Source of the DNA: an uncultured Actinomycetes bacterium
GTDB lineage: Bacteria > SZUA-79 > Acidulodesulfobacterales > Acidulodesulfobacteraceae
DNA: 64,000 bases
Assembly (NCBI GenBank): GCA_964631685.1
Contig: CAZVZU010000001.1
Span: 64,001 to 128,000, forward strand
Direction of reading: 5' to 3'
Each line of letters opens with the position of its first letter. The stretch's first letter is position 1. The notes beneath the pieces were generated by a model. The model saw only the letters and a list, made by a program, of their open reading frames with translations. It was not told the DNA's origin and did not search any database. Shown here piece by piece: positions 60,151-64,000 of the stretch. The position numbers and the translations under genes were made by a program.

Positions 60151-60633
60151 ATGGTTAAAAGGATGATATATTCTCTTTCCAATGTTAAGGATTACACAGA
60201 TAATTTTCCATTTACAAACAATAATGATGGATATAGAGACGTAAGAAAACATAGCGTAGTCAAAAATGTGCTTATTGCAGAGGACAACCAAATGCATTCC
60301 GAGCTGATGAAATTAATTATTGATTCTATCGTTGATGCTAATGTTGTTATAGCAAATGACGGCGGTGAAGCCTTAGACAAAATATACACAGAAGACTGTT
60401 TTGATTTGATTATTCTTGATATTATGATGCCTAAGGTTAATGGACTGGATGTTCTTAAGGCAGTCAGGAGGTTGTTTGATAGGGTGCCTGTGCTAATGGT
60501 TAGTGCATTAGGGGACGGAAAAACACTAAGCATGGGTATGTCTTTAGGGGCAAACGATTGTCTCGCAAAGCCTATAAATAAAGATATTTTCAAGCAAAAA
60601 ATAAACTTCCTTCTAGGAACTGTCGATAATTAA
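60151..60633 (+). CDS. Single-domain response regulator
   Basis: LIAEDN, ILDIMMP, VSA and AKP. Confidence 0.9.
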   Translation: MVKRMIYSLSNVKDYTDNFPFTNNNDGYRDVRKHSVVKNVLIAEDNQMHSELMKLIIDSIVDANVVIANDGGEALDKIYTEDCFDLIILDIMMPKVNGLDVLKAVRRLFDRVPVLMVSALGDGKTLSMGMSLGANDCLAKPINKDIFKQKINFLLGTVDN

Positions 60634-60693
60634 TATAGGACGAATAGTCCGGATTTTCTAAAAATTTATATAACAGGGAGAGTCTCAATTTTT

Positions 60694-63657
60694 TTGAAAA
60701 AGAATGATTTTATGAACGGCGTCATGGCTAAAATTCTGATATATGGCGGAGGAAATGCTGCTAAGACAACGATTGAGATGCTGAAAAGCGATAGGAATAT
60801 CGAAATTGTCGCTTTGGTTGCTAGGGATCTATCGAAGGAAGGTGCGCGGTATGCAAAAAAATTAAAAATAAGGTGTTTTTCAACGATCGGAGAGGTAAAA
60901 AGCAACGATCTGGAGTTTAATATTGTTTTAAATTTAACAGGGCAAAAGGAAGGCTCCTTGCCGGAGCTCATGGATATACATGAAAAAAGCATAGAGATTA
61001 TAAACTCCATTAGCTCAAAGTTGATTTATGACCTTCTTTACGATAGATATAAAAGCCATATAGATAAAGAAAGTATTATTAAGCAGTTAAGAGAGCAGAA
61101 AGCGTATTTCAAGAATATTCTTAACGATTCCTTTGATATGATTATGGTGACCAATCGTCACGGAGTAATCACAGAATTTAATAAGGGCGGTGAAAACATA
61201 CTGGGATATACGCGGAAAGAAGTGGTGGGTAGAAAGGCAAACGACTTTTACCTCGATCCCGAAGAAAGGGATGATATTATTGAAAAGTTAAAAAGAGATC
61301 ACTTTGTTTTAAACTATGAAACTGCATTAAGGAAGAAGGATGGCAACCCTGTAGATATATCCCTTACGATATCACGCATTTTAGACAAAGATGATGAGAT
61401 AATAGGAACAATAGGTATTTCAAAAGATATCACCGAAAAAAAAACATATGAGAAAGAACTAAAAAAGTTTAATGAAAATCTTGAAAAGAAGGTTACGGAA
61501 AGAACAAAACAGCTAAAGGAGAGTAATGAGGAACTTGCCAGGGCAAGTGAGCTTAAGTCTAAATTTATTGCAAATATGTCTCATGAGCTCAGAACTCCGC
61601 TTAATGCCATAATTGGATATTCCGATTTATTAATGGATTCTCAAGATATAACGGATAAACATAAAAAATATATAAACAATATTCTTATTTCAGGGAAGCA
61701 TTTGCTTCAGCTTATAAACAATATACTGGATATCGCAAAAATTGAGGCAGGAAGGTTTTCGCTGGAATATTCTGTATTTCAACTTGAAGATGTGGTAAGC
61801 GAGGTTATATCTGTTATAAAATCACTTGCGGATAGAAAGAACATCGCTCTTAATATAAAATATGACTGCGGTGAAGATTACAAGATATATGCCGATAGGA
61901 TAAAATTTAAACAAATAATTTATAACTTGCTAAGCAATGCCATTAAGTTTTCTTTCGAAAACACTAAGATTGATATTGTTTGTAAAAATGTATCGCCTAC
62001 TTTAAATATTAGTACCAAATCAAATTTTGATTTACAAAACGATAGCAAGGTTGTTGTTGCAGGCAAAGTTTTCGATTATTTTCAAATGGATGTTATTAAT
62101 CGCGGCATTGGAATCTCTGACAGTTTTAAGAAAAATATCTTTAAAGAGTTTATTCAGGCAGACAACGATTATTCAAGGCAATATGAAGGTACCGGTCTTG
62201 GACTTTCTTTAACCAAAAAAATAACTGAGCTTCACGGCGGACATATATATTTTGAATCCGTTCCGGATGAACTTACCGATTTCACATTTGTGATCCCAAA
62301 TCCCCTTGATGCCAAGGTCATGTCCCAAACATCGGAAGAACCGGAAAAAACACTGGTAACTGCGGATGCAAAATCTTTTTTTAGGGATAACAATATCAGG
62401 AGAAATAAACCGTTGGTCCTTGTTGCCGAAGATGATCGGGCAACATCAGAGATATTTACGATTAATCTTGTAAATTTTGGGTACTCCGTTGTTCATGCAT
62501 ATGATGGCATTGAGACTATCGAGAAGGCCAAGTCACTGAAACCCTTTGCAATACTTCTTGATATAATGATACCTAAAAAGGATGGATGGGAAGTATTGGG
62601 TGATTTAAAATCTGACAGAGAAACAAAGAATATACCGGTAATTATAACGAGTATAATAGACAATAAAGATTTAGGGTTTGCTCTTGGTGCGACGGATTAT
62701 CTCATAAAACCTATTGACAAAGATACATTGATTCATACACTATCTCAGTTTACGCTCACTCAAAAGAGAAAGAGAAGACAGGTAAATATTTTATTGATTG
62801 ATGATGAGCCTATCATACATAAAATGATTGAGAAAATTTTAGTTTCGGAAGGTTTTAATTTACTTCATGCCTACGACGGTGAAACCGGTTTAAAAATGTC
62901 AATAGAACTAAAACCTGATTTAATTTTATTAGACCTGATAATGCCGGATATGGATGGTTTTGAGGTTGCAGATAATATCAAAAAACATCCTATTTCCAGC
63001 CAGATTCCAATATTCATAATAACATCAAAAGATTTATCGGTTGAAGAGAGGTTGAACCTCTCATGTAATATTGAAAGGATAATCGGAAAGAAGGCATTTT
63101 CTGCCGAGGAACTTAGTCGTTCCATAAGGGAGCTTGAGATTCTATATCCGCAAAAGGCGGGACTTTTCGATGAGATTACGGGCTTATTGGATCATAACTA
63201 TTTCAATATAAGGCTTGCGCAGGAAATTAATAGAGCCAAAAGATATAATTTAGTATTTACCATAATATTTATAGATATAGATGGTTTTAAAGAGTATTGC
63301 GATGTGGTCGGAGATTTTCATTCTGACATAGCGCTTAAAAAAATTGCGGATACTCTAAAAAAGTATCTAAGGGGAGCCGATGTTATAGTTAGGTTTGGAT
63401 ACGATGAATTTGCCATTATACTCAATAACACCTTAAAAGAGCCAGCGGTGTATGTGGCGAATAGATTTTGTGCTATTATCAGAGATTATCCATTTTACAA
63501 AGAAGAGGAGTTGAAAACAAAAAAATTGACGGCATCGTTTGTTGTTGCCACGTTTCCGGAGAACGGAGATTCACCGGAGGAGCTTATTTCTAAGATTTAT
63601 AATAGGTTGTGCGACGTTAAAAACTCAGGCGGGGATGCGATAATAGAAGTAACCTAA
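60694..63657 (+). CDS. Hybrid sensor kinase: Rossmann-like, PAS, HisKA, HATPase, REC, REC, degenerate GGDEF
   Basis: IYGGG N-terminus, PAS with DITE, SHELRTPLNAIIG, NLLSNAIKF, GTGLGL, two receivers (LLDIMIP, LLDLIMP) and RGAD..RFGYDEF. True start may be the ATG at 60712 or 60724. Confidence 0.9.
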   Translation: MKKNDFMNGVMAKILIYGGGNAAKTTIEMLKSDRNIEIVALVARDLSKEGARYAKKLKIRCFSTIGEVKSNDLEFNIVLNLTGQKEGSLPELMDIHEKSIEIINSISSKLIYDLLYDRYKSHIDKESIIKQLREQKAYFKNILNDSFDMIMVTNRHGVITEFNKGGENILGYTRKEVVGRKANDFYLDPEERDDIIEKLKRDHFVLNYETALRKKDGNPVDISLTISRILDKDDEIIGTIGISKDITEKKTYEKELKKFNENLEKKVTERTKQLKESNEELARASELKSKFIANMSHELRTPLNAIIGYSDLLMDSQDITDKHKKYINNILISGKHLLQLINNILDIAKIEAGRFSLEYSVFQLEDVVSEVISVIKSLADRKNIALNIKYDCGEDYKIYADRIKFKQIIYNLLSNAIKFSFENTKIDIVCKNVSPTLNISTKSNFDLQNDSKVVVAGKVFDYFQMDVINRGIGISDSFKKNIFKEFIQADNDYSRQYEGTGLGLSLTKKITELHGGHIYFESVPDELTDFTFVIPNPLDAKVMSQTSEEPEKTLVTADAKSFFRDNNIRRNKPLVLVAEDDRATSEIFTINLVNFGYSVVHAYDGIETIEKAKSLKPFAILLDIMIPKKDGWEVLGDLKSDRETKNIPVIITSIIDNKDLGFALGATDYLIKPIDKDTLIHTLSQFTLTQKRKRRQVNILLIDDEPIIHKMIEKILVSEGFNLLHAYDGETGLKMSIELKPDLILLDLIMPDMDGFEVADNIKKHPISSQIPIFIITSKDLSVEERLNLSCNIERIIGKKAFSAEELSRSIRELEILYPQKAGLFDEITGLLDHNYFNIRLAQEINRAKRYNLVFTIIFIDIDGFKEYCDVVGDFHSDIALKKIADTLKKYLRGADVIVRFGYDEFAIILNNTLKEPAVYVANRFCAIIRDYPFYKEEELKTKKLTASFVVATFPENGDSPEELISKIYNRLCDVKNSGGDAIIEVT

Positions 63658-63751
63658 TGATGTCAAACAATAACATTTAAATTTAGCATAGTGTTTTTAT
63701 GCGTTTTGACATGAATCACTAATGTTGCAGGATGGAAGCGGAGTAGCAATT

Positions 63752-64000
63752 ATGGCCATTAAAAATAATAAACAACACAATGTTCTCATAGTTGAAGATA
63801 ATAGTATTAATATGGATTTATTGATAGCCCTCTTAGAGCCGTTTGACTTCAGTATAATAACATCAAAAGATGGGTATGATGCTTTGAAAAAAATAGCCGA
63901 TAGCTCTGATTTATCCCTAATTTTACTTGATATCGGTCTTCCCGGGATAGACGGCATAGAGGTATTCAAAAAGATTAAATGTATGGATAAACATAAAAAT
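63752..64000 (+). CDS. Response regulator receiver (DivK-like), 3' truncated
   Basis: Not in the ORF track. My translation gives MAIKNNKQHNVLIVEDNSINMDLL...LILLDIGLPGIDG, open to the window end, with GGAG upstream. Confidence 0.85.
   Translation, partial: MAIKNNKQHNVLIVEDNSINMDLLIALLEPFDFSIITSKDGYDALKKIADSSDLSLILLDIGLPGIDGIEVFKKIKCMDKHKN

Noticed and set aside
81..63969. Many short antisense or alternate-frame ORFs in the track (e.g. 81-509, 17003-17386, 41386-41733, 60192-60593, 63697-63969)
   Set aside because: They are shadows of well-supported genes and carry no recognisable motifs.
1..64000. CRISPR arrays, tRNA/rRNA, riboswitches, IS elements
   Set aside because: Intergenic gaps are short (all under about 300 bp), and I saw no repeat-spacer arrays, cloverleafs or transposases. 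A covariance-model search would be needed to exclude small RNAs.

Overview
This AT-rich bacterial window is almost entirely one flagellar-motility, chemotaxis and c-di-GMP supercluster. It holds the basal body, export apparatus, hook and junction, stator, FlhF/FlhG/FliA/FlgM, CsrA/FliW, two sigma54 enhancer-binding proteins with a PAS kinase, and a cheR-REC-cheY-cheA-cheB-cheW-parA-cheW-like operon. PilZ, HDOD and GGDEF proteins are interspersed. The left edge is the 3' end of a VirD4/TraG-type coupling protein. The right end holds mqnC, dksA, a glgA homolog and a REC/hybrid-kinase/GGDEF signalling block. I recognise no flagellin, fliD, fliS, MCP or CheZ/CheC/CheX gene, and no RNA gene, CRISPR array or transposase. 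Gene content resembles Deltaproteobacteria/Desulfobacterota-type flagellar systems. Lys-rich periplasmic proteins and charge-poor extracellular proteins suggest an acidophile such as Ca. Acidulodesulfobacterales (inference only). The most notable observations are: coordinated degeneration of FlhF catalytic motifs and the FlhG activator helix; a glycogen synthase homolog mutated in both catalytic motifs and lying upstream of signalling genes; a hybrid kinase with a GYDEF/RxxD domain; an MshEN-like motif in CheA; a Rae1/YacP nuclease inserted antisense between fliH and the FleQ-like regulator; a shuffled gene order; and candidate enhancer motifs at four sigma54 promoters. All calls come from visual motif recognition; no database searches were run.
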